A DNA stretch of 64,000 nucleotides from an uncultured Methanosarcinaceae archaeon (GCA_963847185.1 CAWJYV010000007.1:96001-160000), one strand, 5' to 3'; positions 20,330-31,716 are shown, counted from the first letter of the stretch. Numbers and translations: made by a program. Notes: generated from the sequence alone by a model not told the origin.

Positions 20330-21466
20330 ATGGAGCAAGTTTCCTTGACAGGTAATGACATTCTACTCTGGGATGAAACACTATTTAAAGACCTATCCGT
20401 GCTTGAGCCTGACTATCTCCCTGATTACTTTCCCCATAGAGAATCACAATTGAACTCTCTCAGGTTTGCATTCAGACCGTCTCTGCGCGGGATGCGGCCT
20501 TTGAACTGTCTTCTGGTCGGGCCGCCAGGTACAGGGAAAACCAGTGCAGTCATGAAGATGTTTAAAGAAGTAGAGGCTCATGCGCCTGGAGTTGTTGCTG
20601 TCAAAGTTAACTGCCAGATCGATTCCACGCGTTTTGCAGTTATCTCCAGGATTTACAGGAAACTTTTCGGAATTTCTCCTCCTAATTCGGGAATCGCTTT
20701 CAGAAAAATCTTCGAAACTGTTGTTAATTTCCTCGTATCTTCCGAGAAAGTTCTGCTCGTTGCCCTGGACGATCTCAATTATCTCTGTTACGAAGGGCAT
20801 GCCAATGAAGTGATGTATTCTCTTCTCAGGGCTCATGAACAGTATCCCGGGGCAAAGATCGGAGTAATCGGAATTGTAAATGAAACATCTGATCTTTACT
20901 GTATAGATTCCAGGGTGAATTCGGTTTTTCTGCCTGAAGAAATCCCTTTTCCCAGATACGGGAAAGCTGAAATTCTTGACATTCTTAAAGACAGGGTAAA
21001 ATACGGCTTTTATCCTAAGGTAATTTCTGATGAGCTGCTTGAACTTGTGGTCTCGTATGTGGAAAAGACAGGAGATCTCAGGGTCGGAATCGATCTTCTT
21101 AAGCGTTCAGGTTTTAATGCCGAACGCAGGGGAAGCCGTATGATCTCTTTTGATGATATTGAAAAAGCTTATGAAGCATCTAAACTGCTTCATCTTTGCA
21201 GGGGCATAAACCTCCTGTCAGACCCTGAGAAACGTTTACTTGAATTGATAGCGAGAACAGGAGAGATTCAGGCAGGTGAGCTCTATAAGTCCTTCCACGA
21301 ATTGACACAGCTTGGGTATACTCGTTTTTACAGTATTGTCAACAGGCTTCAGGTCTTTAACTATGTGGATGCAGACTTTACAGGTAAAGGTCAAAGAGGC
21401 AGAACCAGAATTATAAAAACAAAATACAGAGCAGAGGACATTCTTAAATGTTTTCAAAAGAGCTGA
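20330..21466 (+). CDS. cdc6: Orc1/Cdc6 replication initiator homolog
   Basis: PHRESQL, Walker A GPPGTGKT, LDD, GDLR, C-terminal winged helix with GQRGRTR. Confidence 0.93.
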   Translation: MEQVSLTGNDILLWDETLFKDLSVLEPDYLPDYFPHRESQLNSLRFAFRPSLRGMRPLNCLLVGPPGTGKTSAVMKMFKEVEAHAPGVVAVKVNCQIDSTRFAVISRIYRKLFGISPPNSGIAFRKIFETVVNFLVSSEKVLLVALDDLNYLCYEGHANEVMYSLLRAHEQYPGAKIGVIGIVNETSDLYCIDSRVNSVFLPEEIPFPRYGKAEILDILKDRVKYGFYPKVISDELLELVVSYVEKTGDLRVGIDLLKRSGFNAERRGSRMISFDDIEKAYEASKLLHLCRGINLLSDPEKRLLELIARTGEIQAGELYKSFHELTQLGYTRFYSIVNRLQVFNYVDADFTGKGQRGRTRIIKTKYRAEDILKCFQKS

Positions 21467-21611
21467 ATAAAAAATGATTTTAGCAGAAAATTATTCTGAA
21501 TAGAAAAGAATTTTGACTATGATTTCAGGAGCTAAAAAGCCTGAAGAAAGCACAGCTTGAGCCCGTGCCTCCTTCAATTTAGCCCTAATTGATTTTATAA
21601 GTTTTTTGGAA

Positions 21612-23264
21612 TTACATCATTCCTGGGGGCATTCCGCCCATTCCTGGCATTCCACCCATTCCTGGAGGCATTCCGCCCATCTCTTCGGGGCTAGGAGCAC
21701 GGGTAGAAGCAATGATATCGTCGATCCTGAGGATCATAACTGCAGACTCGGTAGCTGCGTTGATGACCTGGGTCTTGACTCTGAGAGGCTCAACTACAAA
21801 CTCCTCCCACATGTCAACGACCTTGCCTTCGAAAACGTTAAGTCCGGCAGTTTTTATGCCCTTTTCGTGCTGGGAGCGCAGCTCCATGAGCATGTCAATG
21901 GGGTCAAGTCCGGCGTTTTCTGCAAGAGTCCTCGGGATAATTTCAAGAGCTTCAGCATAGGCTTTGACTGCAAGCTGTTCCCTGCCTTCAAGGGTTGCTG
22001 CGTATTCCTGGAGCCTGAGTGCAACTTCAACTTCAGGAGAACCGCCGCCTGCAACGAGCTTTTCATCCTCTATTGCAACTCCAACTACACGGAGGGCATC
22101 TTCAAGAGCGCTATTGATGCTGTCAACTACGTGCTCTGTGCCGCCGCGCAGCAGGATGGTTACAGCCTTAGGGTTGTGACAGCCTGTGACAAAGGTCATA
22201 CTGTCGCCGCCAACCTTCTTTTCTTCCACAAGGCCTGCGTATCCGAGGTCTTCTGCAGCGATTTCGTCAAGGTTGGTTATGAGTTTTCCGCCTGTTGCTC
22301 TTGAGAGTTTTTCCATGTCGCTCTTCTTAACTCTGCGAACAGCAAAGATACCTGCTTTTGCAAGGTAGTGCTGGGCAAGATCTTCAATACCCTTCTGGCA
22401 GAAGACAACATTTGCGCCGCTGCCAATGACCTTCTGAACGATCCTCTTGAGCATCTGTTCTTCCTGGTCGAGGAAAGACTGGAGCTGGTCAGGTGAGGTT
22501 ATGGATATTTCAGCATCGACTTCGGTGTCTTTGAGTTCGATTGCGCTGTTGAGAAGAAGAATCTTTGCATCCTTAACCTTTTCAGGCATATTGGTGTGGA
22601 TTCTTTCCTTGTCAATAATCATTCCGGGAATAAGCTCGGAATCCTCTACCCTTCCGCCAACTTTCTTAATAACACTGATGTTGTCTTTGTCGACGCTCTT
22701 CTTTCCGTTTATGTCCACCACGCTTGTTACAGCGTCTACGGCAATCCCTGAGAGAAGCCTTTTGGAGGACTCCGCACCCTTTCCGGTCATTGCGGTTTCA
22801 GCGATGCTGACCAGCAGGTCACGGTTGGACATTTCCACTGTCATTGCCAGGGAGTTCAGGACTTCTATAGCTTTTTCAGCTGCAAGCCTGTATCCTGATG
22901 CAATAATTGTCGGGTGGATTTCCTGCTCGATTAAGTCCTCAGCCTTGCTTAAGAGTTGACCTGCAACTACAGCTGCACTGGTAGTGCCGTCTCCGACCTG
23001 TTCATCCTGGGTCTTGGCTACTTCTACTACCATCTTTGCCGCAGGGTGTTCGATGTCCATTTCTTTGAGAATGGTTGCCCCGTCGTTTGTAATGACTACA
23101 TCTCCCATGGAATCGACGAGCATTTTGTCCATGCCTTTGGGGCCGAGGGTTGTCCTGACTGCTTCAGCTACTGCCTTTGCAGCCATAATATTGTTGCTCT
23201 GGGCATCCCTGCCTCTGGTTCTCTTACTTCCTTCCTTTAAAATGAATATTGGCTGTCCTGCCAT
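21612..23264 (-). CDS. ths: Thermosome (group II chaperonin) subunit
   Basis: [29 protein letters not shown]-rich C-terminal tail. Confidence 0.97.
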   Translation of the reverse strand: MAGQPIFILKEGSKRTRGRDAQSNNIMAAKAVAEAVRTTLGPKGMDKMLVDSMGDVVITNDGATILKEMDIEHPAAKMVVEVAKTQDEQVGDGTTSAAVVAGQLLSKAEDLIEQEIHPTIIASGYRLAAEKAIEVLNSLAMTVEMSNRDLLVSIAETAMTGKGAESSKRLLSGIAVDAVTSVVDINGKKSVDKDNISVIKKVGGRVEDSELIPGMIIDKERIHTNMPEKVKDAKILLLNSAIELKDTEVDAEISITSPDQLQSFLDQEEQMLKRIVQKVIGSGANVVFCQKGIEDLAQHYLAKAGIFAVRRVKKSDMEKLSRATGGKLITNLDEIAAEDLGYAGLVEEKKVGGDSMTFVTGCHNPKAVTILLRGGTEHVVDSINSALEDALRVVGVAIEDEKLVAGGGSPEVEVALRLQEYAATLEGREQLAVKAYAEALEIIPRTLAENAGLDPIDMLMELRSQHEKGIKTAGLNVFEGKVVDMWEEFVVEPLRVKTQVINAATESAVMILRIDDIIASTRAPSPEEMGGMPPGMGGMPGMGGMPPGMM

Positions 23265-23540
23265 GATTTAATCCTCCATTAGTGTGAGTTTGGAATAACT
23301 TAAAGTTAAAATCGCAGTTTACATGTTTGTACTTCTATATAAACTCATCCCATTAATCCTCCTTGATTATAGGGATTTTGCTTACTGGCTTTTCTCAAAA
23401 AACAGGTTAGATAAATCCTTTTTTCTTGTTCTTCTTCCACATAACTTGAAGTGCTGATATGCGGAAAATATCATTATCTTCAAGGATTTTTCTTGAATAA
23501 TTTTGTTAACTGGATTAATTCTCTCTATACTGATATTAAA

Positions 23541-23656
23541 GATAAGATCAAAAAAGATAAGAGTCAACAGGATAAGATCAAAAAAGATAAGAGTCAACAA
23601 GATAAGATCAAAAAAGATAAGAGTCAACAAGATAAGATCAAAAAAGAAGAGTCAAA
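23541..23656. repeat. 30-bp tandem repeat (~3.7 copies)
   Basis: GATAAGATCAAAAAAGATAAGAGTCAACA(A/G) repeated. Confidence 0.9.
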
Positions 23657-23720
23657 TTTACTAAAAAAACTAATTTGGTTTTCTTCTTTCGGAAAGCAGG
23701 AGTTTTTCTTGAGTTATACT

Positions 23721-24431
23721 TTATTTTTTCGTCTCCGGAAGCTTTGAAAGCCCCTTTTCTATTTCAGCTGCTTTTTCAAAAGAAAGTCCAAGGGGAACTT
23801 CGAAATCTTCATATCCGCTGTGCTTTCTTGATCCCTTGCACCCAAAAGAAAGTCCAATACCCTGTCTGAGTGCAAGTGCGGTACAGTCTCCACAGATTGA
23901 AGCTGCGCCCATTGTATCAACTGCTATTCTTTTCCCTTCGGAATAGGCACGTGCCTGGACAATTCGCATGGCTTTTTCGGGCTTCAGAAAAAGAATGAGT
24001 ACATCAAATTTCCCTGCATTTAGAGAGAGGGGCTCAATTCTTATGTAAGAAAACTTTTTTTCCAATTTTGGAAGGGACATGGCTGCTTTTTCTGCAGCCT
24101 GAGCGTTCCTATATCTTCCGGAATTCAGATAATATGATGCAGGACTCTCTTCCGAGATACCAAGCACATAGTCTCCCGGAGAGCATCCTTGTCCTGAGAC
24201 CCGGAACACTTTTCCCATACGGGCCTTTTGCACAAGTTCGCAAAAAAGAAAACAGGATTTTTCAGGAAACTTTTCGTTTCCCTCTTCGGCTGTTTTTTTT
24301 TCAGCTTCTTTTCCTTCAATTTCTTCTTCGGTTGTCATTTGTGTTTCAAAAGTCACACACACAGGCTCGCCTGAATCCATCAGCCTGCTGAGTTCCGGAT
24401 ACCTTGAAAAGGAAACTTGCTCTTTTTGCAT
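23721..24431 (-). CDS. DUF169-family protein
   Basis: FCELVQKAR, CSPG, SICGDC, SFGCKGSR Cys pattern. Confidence 0.75.
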   Translation of the reverse strand: MQKEQVSFSRYPELSRLMDSGEPVCVTFETQMTTEEEIEGKEAEKKTAEEGNEKFPEKSCFLFCELVQKARMGKVFRVSGQGCSPGDYVLGISEESPASYYLNSGRYRNAQAAEKAAMSLPKLEKKFSYIRIEPLSLNAGKFDVLILFLKPEKAMRIVQARAYSEGKRIAVDTMGAASICGDCTALALRQGIGLSFGCKGSRKHSGYEDFEVPLGLSFEKAAEIEKGLSKLPETKK

Positions 24432-24462
24432 GTGTCATGTCCCTGTTTTTGCTGTTTTTTGA

Positions 24463-26082
24463 TTACAAGAACTCTGCTTTTACAGAAGTAAAAACAGGAC
24501 CTCTTAAGTCTATCTTTTTATTTTTGCCTGTAATATAGCGCTGTGCAATAGGCCCTATTTTCACATTGACCTCAGAGGGAACTTTTACAATTCTTACCCT
24601 GACTATATGTTCTTTTGCTCCTGACATTGCAGCTTCTTCGATTTCTCTGGCAGCCTGCGCAGCAAAAGATTCTATGAAACGAATACCTGCCCTTGCAGAA
24701 TGGTTTTCAAAAGCTTTTTGCCATTTCTTTGTATTCGGAATTCCAAGAATGTCTCCCTGATAGGCAACGACTTCATTGAAAGCAGCAGGTCCGCAGAGTT
24801 TCGTGTTTTCTTCAGGCTCAATTACTGAAACTTTTACTTTTCTGCCGCAAACTTCGCCTTCCCAGGCAGGGAATTCACATGGACTTGGCTCTTCTCCATG
24901 AAGTTCGCACTGAGAAACCACTGCATCTACAATTGCAAGCCCTTCAGGAGTCTCAGGTGTTTTGTCCACAAAAACCTGTTTTGCAAGCCCACCGTCCAAC
25001 ATTTCCCACTCACCATACTGGGAGATCTGCGGATAGGTCATAGAGCGGACATCCGGAGCATCGTGAAGGATCATGGCAAGCCTTTCCACTCCGAGCCCGA
25101 GGTTCATTACAGGATACGAAATATCATATTCGGAAAGAGCTGTTGGAGAGTATATCCCGAAGGTCGCGACTTCGATCCAGCCGTCCGAATATTTTGAGTT
25201 GGAGCCTACAAGTTTTGGGTGAAAGGCGAACACTTCGGTCTGGGTATCAGGTACGTAGTATTTGCTGCGCTTTTCATCAGGCCTGAAAAGGAATTTTTCA
25301 AAACCGAACTGAGACAGAAGCCCTTCCGCAACGGCTTTTCCATGGTCAATAGTAACATCTTCATCCATTATCACGCAGGAAGCCGAGTAATAGGTCATGA
25401 GCCTTGAGGCATCTTCCTGCTGCTCTCTCCTGAAACAGCGGTCTATGGAGAAGAAGTGGAAGGGAGGCTCTTTTCTTTCAAGAAGGGAACCGAGAGAAAT
25501 GAACCAGCCGCTTGTCATATGGCTGCGGAGTGTTTTTGTGCTTGCCTGAGGTACAAGTTCTTTAAACTCAGGAAAGACTCTGTCAATCATATCGGCAACC
25601 AGGGCGTCAGAAACCTCAAGGATCGCCGAAATTTCAGGAACAAGATCGTCTCCTTCGATCTTCCCTTTTTTATATGAATGAAGAACCTGTCTTATTTTGT
25701 CAATTCCTTCATCCCCGATATCTCCAAGGATTTCCTTTATCTGTGCAATACGTTCGTCAGAAATCCCAACGTTCGGACGGGGCAGGCCTGCTAGATAGAA
25801 ACAACGGTCAAGAACTGCTAGAGCTTCGCTTCCGAACTGTTTATGGACCTCTTTGTCATCCACTATGAGAGGGTTCATCATCTCTTCAAAACCCATTCTG
25901 AGATAAGCCTCTCTCAATTTCTGGATGGTATCGTATACTGGGTGTGCTTTTCCATATTTCAGAGTGGTTCTGGGATAGCGTTCGTTTAAGGTAGACGTCT
26001 TGATTAGCTTTTTTCCCTCGTTCCAGGTAAGATCGAAATTTTCTTTCGCATCCTTTTTTATTTTTTCCGGGTCAAATCTCAT
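24463..26082 (-). CDS. sepS: O-phosphoseryl-tRNA(Cys) synthetase
   Basis: MRFDPEKI, LRSHMTSGWF, DRCFRREQQED, GWIEVATFG, MNLGLGVERLAM. Confidence 0.97.
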   Translation of the reverse strand: MRFDPEKIKKDAKENFDLTWNEGKKLIKTSTLNERYPRTTLKYGKAHPVYDTIQKLREAYLRMGFEEMMNPLIVDDKEVHKQFGSEALAVLDRCFYLAGLPRPNVGISDERIAQIKEILGDIGDEGIDKIRQVLHSYKKGKIEGDDLVPEISAILEVSDALVADMIDRVFPEFKELVPQASTKTLRSHMTSGWFISLGSLLERKEPPFHFFSIDRCFRREQQEDASRLMTYYSASCVIMDEDVTIDHGKAVAEGLLSQFGFEKFLFRPDEKRSKYYVPDTQTEVFAFHPKLVGSNSKYSDGWIEVATFGIYSPTALSEYDISYPVMNLGLGVERLAMILHDAPDVRSMTYPQISQYGEWEMLDGGLAKQVFVDKTPETPEGLAIVDAVVSQCELHGEEPSPCEFPAWEGEVCGRKVKVSVIEPEENTKLCGPAAFNEVVAYQGDILGIPNTKKWQKAFENHSARAGIRFIESFAAQAAREIEEAAMSGAKEHIVRVRIVKVPSEVNVKIGPIAQRYITGKNKKIDLRGPVFTSVKAEFL

Positions 26083-26302
26083 GAATATCCTCTCTAGTAG
26101 ATTCTTAAGATAATAATTGTCAGTTGTTGAAGAACTGGTTTGTAAGTTTTAAGCAATTCAGGTAAACAATTGAGCGTTAAATAGTTTTCAAAAATGTTCA
26201 ATAAATGTAATTAAGTTGTATATTAGTAAGTCGGATTTCAAATTCACAATCAAATTCTTGTGGAAAGATATTGATTTACTCAGTTTGAATTGAAGGTTCC
26301 AA

Positions 26303-26941
26303 TTAGAGTCGCGTTTCGAGATTTCGTATTGCAACCTCAAGTTTTTTCTGACCAATAGCGTTGACAACATCTCCGCGCGTTTTTTCAATTAGCGCACGGG
26401 ATACATCGGTCTTCCTCCTGAGTCCTCGGGTTATCGCGTCAGGATAATCGAAATCCATAAGCATCGCATGGATATTTTCCATTATCCCTAAAAATACTTC
26501 GGCTTTCTCAAAGGATTCTTTCCTTATAAGGTCAAGAACATACCTTCTGAGTTCTCCCACAACGTCCCCAAGCCCGTTAAGATAGGCAGCATATTCAACT
26601 CTCAATTCATCCGGAGAAGGTATTCTTTCTTCCCCTCCTTCTTTTAGCAGGCTGGAGAGGACTGAAACTTCTGAGTATTCTTGCTGGGCATGTTCAACAA
26701 ATCCTGCATGATAAATGTCGGCATGTCCTTTGAAAAGAATTTCAAGTTTCTCTAAAGCTTTTCCTGCGTCTTTGATGCTACTGTCTGCTTTCTTAAAGTC
26801 TTGCCCATGCAAGGCAAATGATGCTGTTCTGCATTCTCTAACAATTTCTCGGGAGATTTTCAATCCTTCCTCCCTTACACTGTCTTTTACCTCGAAATTT
26901 TCCCTTATCCGGGCCGAAATTCCTTCTAGCATTGCTTTCAT
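26303..26941 (-). CDS. Translin/Trax-family protein
   Basis: AQQEYSE, YLNGLGDVVGELRR, LRRKTD. Confidence 0.85.
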   Translation of the reverse strand: MKAMLEGISARIRENFEVKDSVREEGLKISREIVRECRTASFALHGQDFKKADSSIKDAGKALEKLEILFKGHADIYHAGFVEHAQQEYSEVSVLSSLLKEGGEERIPSPDELRVEYAAYLNGLGDVVGELRRYVLDLIRKESFEKAEVFLGIMENIHAMLMDFDYPDAITRGLRRKTDVSRALIEKTRGDVVNAIGQKKLEVAIRNLETRL

Positions 26942-27521
26942 ACCCCCATTTAATGTTTTTCAGCCTTTGCATGTTTTAGTTTTTTCATCTGGAATCTAAA
27001 ACTGCATTTTATTTAGATAATTACTCAGGATTAATTCAAAATTCAGGAATTTCATTTGAGAATTTCTCATTAAGTGTATTATTTCTGTCGGTAAAATTTT
27101 CTTTTGCCTGTATAACATGAATCGGAAGTTGTTTATATTTTTTATCCCTTTTATCGACTCTTTTATCAAGTTTTAACTATCCCAAGTTTATAATATATTT
27201 CAAAATCCGATTTCTGGATATTATTTAAATTCTAGTATCAAAAAAGATAGAAAAAGAGGAAAAAGATTATTCTTTCCTTGTCGATAACCCTCAAGCTCTG
27301 GATATAACTCCCAAAATTAGCCAGGGATAGATAGCAAAATTATAATATTACTTCTTCCGGCTCTTTTTTCAGAATCAGATCAAGTTTGGGATTTTTTAGC
27401 AGGGTCGTCTCAATAGACATACCTGAGCCTGTTTTATCTCGGGAGCTTCTAATTCTCAATTTGTGCCCTCGAGAAAATTTGGTTTTCACCAGGTTTTTAC
27501 TGGTTTTATTTTTTGATGCTT

Positions 27522-27794
27522 TTACTCATCTACTGGAATTGTCTCGAGCTGGCTTGAGAGATTCCATATCAGAGTCCTTGTGTGTAGAGGAAGGTTAGGA
27601 TCATTGCTTATATCTTCTAAAATGGAAATGCTTGATGCTGCCCTAAGGAACAGAGGTTCGGATTCGTTGTTCAGTATGTCCATGATTTCATTCACGGAAC
27701 GCCTGATATTTCTTGGAACTGAAGAGTCACTGGTTATGCTGTCTAAGACCTGAAGACATTGTCTGATAACTTCTGCTGAATCATTTGATGACAT
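27522..27794 (-). CDS. UPF0147 family protein
   Basis: [26 protein letters not shown]; ATG at 27794 after GGTGA SD. Confidence 0.88.
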   Translation of the reverse strand: MSSNDSAEVIRQCLQVLDSITSDSSVPRNIRRSVNEIMDILNNESEPLFLRAASSISILEDISNDPNLPLHTRTLIWNLSSQLETIPVDE

Positions 27795-28047
27795 TCGAAT
27801 CACCTTCGCAGTCAATTACGATGTAAAAATTAGAGCTAATAAATTAGTGTAAGACAGGCTTGTTATATAAAATATTGTCGGTGATTTTTAAAATTGCATG
27901 TACCAGTGTCTTCTCATTCTGATTATTAAATTGTACTTTTTTGGCTTGTACGGGATAAAGGTAATTAAAGGCAGTTAAAAGTGGTTAAAGGTAGTTTCAT
28001 ATACAGGGAGCTACAGGAAAATCTTAGAATAAAGGAAGGTCAGGTAT

Positions 28048-28647
28048 ATGGATTCTGAAAAAGATAAAAAAGTAAAACGAATAGCCCGTTTCCTTGAATT
28101 AGGGGGCACGATGCTTGCAGAGCATTGTAAGGTCTGTGGAGCCCCAAAGTTTCGTTATCAGGGGACAGTAATTTGTCCTGTATGCGATGTCCGAGATGAA
28201 GAGGAGACTCCGGAACCAGAAGTCCAGGCTCCTGAAGCCAGACAGTATGCGGAAGAAAAGAGGTCTTCATTTAAGGATGAAAAAGGAGTTCAGGCTCACA
28301 GGCAAAAACTACAGGCCGGACTGAGAACCTCTGAAACTGATAAAGAAGAGGAAAAGGATTCTGGTTTCGAAGAAGAGTTATCCGAAATACCCTACGAAGC
28401 GGGAAAATCAAGAAGATACGCCACAGCGGTTCAGGCAGTATCCCCAGGAAGGGCAGAGAAGCCAGAAGAGATTTTGAAACCTTATGGAACTCATGAAGAC
28501 CGGAAGGCACTTGAGAACCTTCTCTTTAAGAAGGTGGTCAGCATTGCAAGCTCTCTTCAGAATGAAACAGATCCGCGCAGCATTGCTGAGGGCTTCGAGC
28601 TAATTGACAAAGGACTTGAACTTATAGAACGCCTGAGGCACGTATAA
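28048..28647 (+). CDS. UPF0148 / SSSCA1-like Zn-ribbon protein
   Basis: LELGGTMLAEHCKVCGAP...CPVC followed by an acidic linker and C-terminal helices. Confidence 0.8.
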   Translation: MDSEKDKKVKRIARFLELGGTMLAEHCKVCGAPKFRYQGTVICPVCDVRDEEETPEPEVQAPEARQYAEEKRSSFKDEKGVQAHRQKLQAGLRTSETDKEEEKDSGFEEELSEIPYEAGKSRRYATAVQAVSPGRAEKPEEILKPYGTHEDRKALENLLFKKVVSIASSLQNETDPRSIAEGFELIDKGLELIERLRHV

Positions 28648-28857
28648 GTCAAAGGTAAGAAGAAAGGAAGTCCAAAAACTAAAACAAAACCAAATAAAAC
28701 AAAGAGAACGAGAAGTAAGCAGACAAAAGTCAAAGAAAACAAACAGAAAAAACGAGAAGTAAAAGACAAAAAATTACGGAAAAAAAGAAGCTAAAGAAGG
28801 TAATAAAGAAAATAAGAATATAAAGAAGGCAAAAGACAAGAAGGGGTAAAGAAGAAG

Positions 28858-28978
28858 TTTGTCTTTCTTCTGCTTTGTCTTTCTTCTGCTTTGTCTTTCT
28901 TCTGCTTTGTCTTTCTTCTGCTTTGTCTTTTCTTCTGCTTTTGTTTTTCTTCTGCTTTGTTTTTCTTCTGCTTTGTTT
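28858..28978. repeat. ~16-bp pyrimidine-rich tandem repeat downstream of hef
   Basis: CTTTGTCTTTCTTCTG, about 7 copies, degenerating; follows an A-rich tract at 28650-28855. Confidence 0.85.
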
Positions 28979-29001
28979 TTGTCCTGTTTTCTCCTCTTCT
29001 A

Positions 29002-31521
29002 TTACCCTTTATATGGGCTTTCAAGAACTTCTCTTATCCTTGCCGCTGCTTTTGGTCCTATTAATTTTACCTTCCTGAGTTCTTCGGTATTAGCCTTCAT
29101 AACAGCCTCAACAGAGCCGAAATGTAAAAGAAGGTTTCTTGCGGCTTTTGGCCCTATGTTTGAGATAGAAGAAATCAGGTATTCCTGCTGTTCAGCAAGA
29201 GTACTGGCTGACTTTTTTCCATGAGGGTTGATTTCACGCTTATTTTCGGTCTGCTCACGTTTTGCAAGCATTTTCAAGATCGCGGCTGTCTCTTCCTCAT
29301 CTCTTGAGTTGAGAATCGAGACCCCAAAATCAATCGCAATAGACACAAGGGAACCGTAAATCGCATTAGGATTAAGCTGTCTGCAAGTAAAAAGGTCTTG
29401 TCCTTCAATAATAAGGACAGGTTTTTCATATACTCTCGAAAGGTCTGAAAGTTGAGCAAAAAGATTACGTTTTCCATCGATAAGGGAACTTGCAAAGTCA
29501 TCTGCGCGTTTTCTCTCTACAGCCAGACGGTCGCTTACAACGTAATCCCCTATTTCAAGAGCTGCGAATCTGAGTTCCATCCCTAGCCTGTCCAGAACTT
29601 TTGCAACCCCGCTCTTTGTTTCCCTGTGATCGATCACTATTCTCAGGATTTCTGGTTCTCCGGAAGGTTCTATTCCTGAAGATCCTATTTCGGATATTCC
29701 TGCTTTATTTACAGCTTTCCTTCCGGAAAGAGCGGCGAAATCTACAAGAGTTTTTTGTCTTTCCTTCAGGTTTTCATCTGTATTTTTTATTATGTTTTCT
29801 TCAATATTTAATTCTAGATCTCTGTCCGCAGAGTCTACAGAGTTTTTACTGCTGGTTTCATCTACAGTCGCATTTTGGACTTCTTCCAGTGACGGCTTTG
29901 AGTTTGAAGCAGGGAGTAAGCTTTCAAAATTCGAAAGCTCCAGGCTTTTCCTTGATCCCTTCGGGCCCAAAACAGCTTCAAGCCCGTGCATGCTGTTCAG
30001 CATCCTTTTTTCCTTATTTTTGCTGCTCCAGAAGTAGGCTTCATCCCTTGTGCCCTTTGTCACGAGCACAATCACTCTGCCTTTTTGCTGCCTGCCGGTT
30101 CTGCCTTTGCGCTGGATGCTGCGGATTTCCGAGGGAATGGGTTCGTAGAACAAAACCATGTCCGTGGAAGGAATGTCAAGTCCTTCTTCGGCAACTGAAG
30201 TGGCTACAAGTACGTTATATTCCCCTGCCCTGAATTTATCGAGAATTTCAGCCTGCTGCTTTTGCGTAAGTCCTTTGTCTTTATGGCGTGAACCCTGGCC
30301 TACAAAGCGAATAGGAACAACTCCAGAAGCTTCAGAAAGGGCATTTGCCACTATCTCGGCAGTGTCCCTGTAGTTAGTAAATACAATTACTCTCGAATCA
30401 GGATTTTCTGCAAGCTGCTCGGATACGATTTTCCGTGCAAGTCCAAGTTTTGGATGTTCGACATCACACTCTTTTACCCTGTACAGGGCTTTTCTCATGT
30501 AGAGGTCGTTCATAAGCCTTTTCGAAGCTTTGCTCGCGCTGCTTGAGGAGGCTTCGGCATCCAGCTTTTCCAGATACTTTCTTAGAGTCTCAAGTCCCTG
30601 CGTTTCCACCATTTCCACGGCATGATTTACCTTCATCATCTCAGCGACCACTGACATTGCAGAGAATATAGCTGGATCTCCTCCTATTCGGATTTCCCCC
30701 TGAAGCTGCTTCTGGAGAAGCAGAAGGTCTTTCTTGGAGATGTATTTCCCACTGCCTGCAGAAAAACCCAGGTTCTTTATGATTCCAAGCCGGTCGTCAA
30801 GGATTTTTTCCAGGTAACCCCGGATTTCGGCCATCTCGGCAGGGAGCAGGACCTGAAGCCACTCTATTTCTTTTTCCTGCACGTAAGGGCGGACATCCCT
30901 GTCTTTCTCGGTTTTCACGGCTACATTTTCAACATGTAAAGCCTGGCAGACCTCTGCGATTTTTTCGTCTGAACTGCCAGGGCTTGCGGTAATTCCGAGC
31001 ACATGGGGATTTTTCGCGCTCTCGAAATACTTTTCCGCAATAAAAGTATAAGCATAATTTCCGACTGCCCTGTGGGCTTCGTCAAAGGTGATATGGCTGA
31101 CATCTTCAAGGCTGATCCGTTTTGTAAGCAGATCGTTTTCAATCACCTGAGGGGTTGATACTATCAACCTCCCCTGTGCCCAGAGCTTTTCCCGTTCTGC
31201 AGGGGCAATACTACCCGTAAACGCTAAAATTTCTTCTTCCGGAAGAGCCATTACTTTTTTAAAAAAAGCCGCATGCTGGTCTACAAGAGGCTTTGTAGGG
31301 GAAAGAATCAGGGCTTTTCCCCCGAAGCGCTGGAGCCTGGAAGCAATCACAAAAAGAGCTATGATAGTTTTTCCCAGGCCTGTGGGGAGTACGACCAGGC
31401 TTGACCCCTCAAGAGCTTTTCCTGCCAGGTTTAGCTGGTAGAGCCTCTGCTCAACAGTATCGGGTTTTATCAGCGGGTGCTTCATGCATGCCGGTTTCTC
31501 AGGAAAAAGACTCTCGTTCAT
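29002..31521 (-). CDS. hef: Hef (FANCM/XPF-like) DEAH helicase-ERCC4 nuclease
   Basis: LPTGLGKT, DEAH, QRKGRTGR, ERCC4 GDY...VERK, C-terminal (HhH)2. Confidence 0.95.
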   Translation of the reverse strand: MNESLFPEKPACMKHPLIKPDTVEQRLYQLNLAGKALEGSSLVVLPTGLGKTIIALFVIASRLQRFGGKALILSPTKPLVDQHAAFFKKVMALPEEEILAFTGSIAPAEREKLWAQGRLIVSTPQVIENDLLTKRISLEDVSHITFDEAHRAVGNYAYTFIAEKYFESAKNPHVLGITASPGSSDEKIAEVCQALHVENVAVKTEKDRDVRPYVQEKEIEWLQVLLPAEMAEIRGYLEKILDDRLGIIKNLGFSAGSGKYISKKDLLLLQKQLQGEIRIGGDPAIFSAMSVVAEMMKVNHAVEMVETQGLETLRKYLEKLDAEASSSSASKASKRLMNDLYMRKALYRVKECDVEHPKLGLARKIVSEQLAENPDSRVIVFTNYRDTAEIVANALSEASGVVPIRFVGQGSRHKDKGLTQKQQAEILDKFRAGEYNVLVATSVAEEGLDIPSTDMVLFYEPIPSEIRSIQRKGRTGRQQKGRVIVLVTKGTRDEAYFWSSKNKEKRMLNSMHGLEAVLGPKGSRKSLELSNFESLLPASNSKPSLEEVQNATVDETSSKNSVDSADRDLELNIEENIIKNTDENLKERQKTLVDFAALSGRKAVNKAGISEIGSSGIEPSGEPEILRIVIDHRETKSGVAKVLDRLGMELRFAALEIGDYVVSDRLAVERKRADDFASSLIDGKRNLFAQLSDLSRVYEKPVLIIEGQDLFTCRQLNPNAIYGSLVSIAIDFGVSILNSRDEEETAAILKMLAKREQTENKREINPHGKKSASTLAEQQEYLISSISNIGPKAARNLLLHFGSVEAVMKANTEELRKVKLIGPKAAARIREVLESPYKG

Positions 31522-31653
31522 TTTGCTTCAGGATTATTTTTCTGGCGTATTTTATTTCGGGATTATTTATTTCGTGTATTTTCCAGATTAATTGTTACAG
31601 GGCTTTAATTCCATTATAAAAAAGTAATATTAGTGATAAAAATTAAAAGTTTT

Positions 31654-31678
31654 GCTGTGGGATCTTTTTACCCACAGC
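31654..31678 (-). terminator. Hairpin downstream of glyS
   Basis: GCTGTGGG...CCCACAGC 8-bp stem. Confidence 0.5.
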
Positions 31679-31716
31679 TCAGGAAATCAGAATATTCCTG
31701 ATACCTTTGACTTAAT

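Noticed and set aside
19960-20330. Replication origin upstream of cdc6
   Set aside because: AT-rich, but I see no repeated ORB boxes with a G-string; only one weak TTTCCATTCAAAAT
21606-23271. Long plus-strand ORFs antisense to the thermosome (similar ones opposite glyS, ppk1, hef)
   Set aside because: Codon-bias shadows of conserved genes
23382-23747. ORFs spanning the 30-bp repeat (DKIKKDKSQQ / LTLIFFDLIL)
   Set aside because: Open only because the repeat lacks stops; no SD and no family resemblance
28557-29224. Phe-rich and Lys-rich ORFs
   Set aside because: Products of low-complexity intergenic sequence
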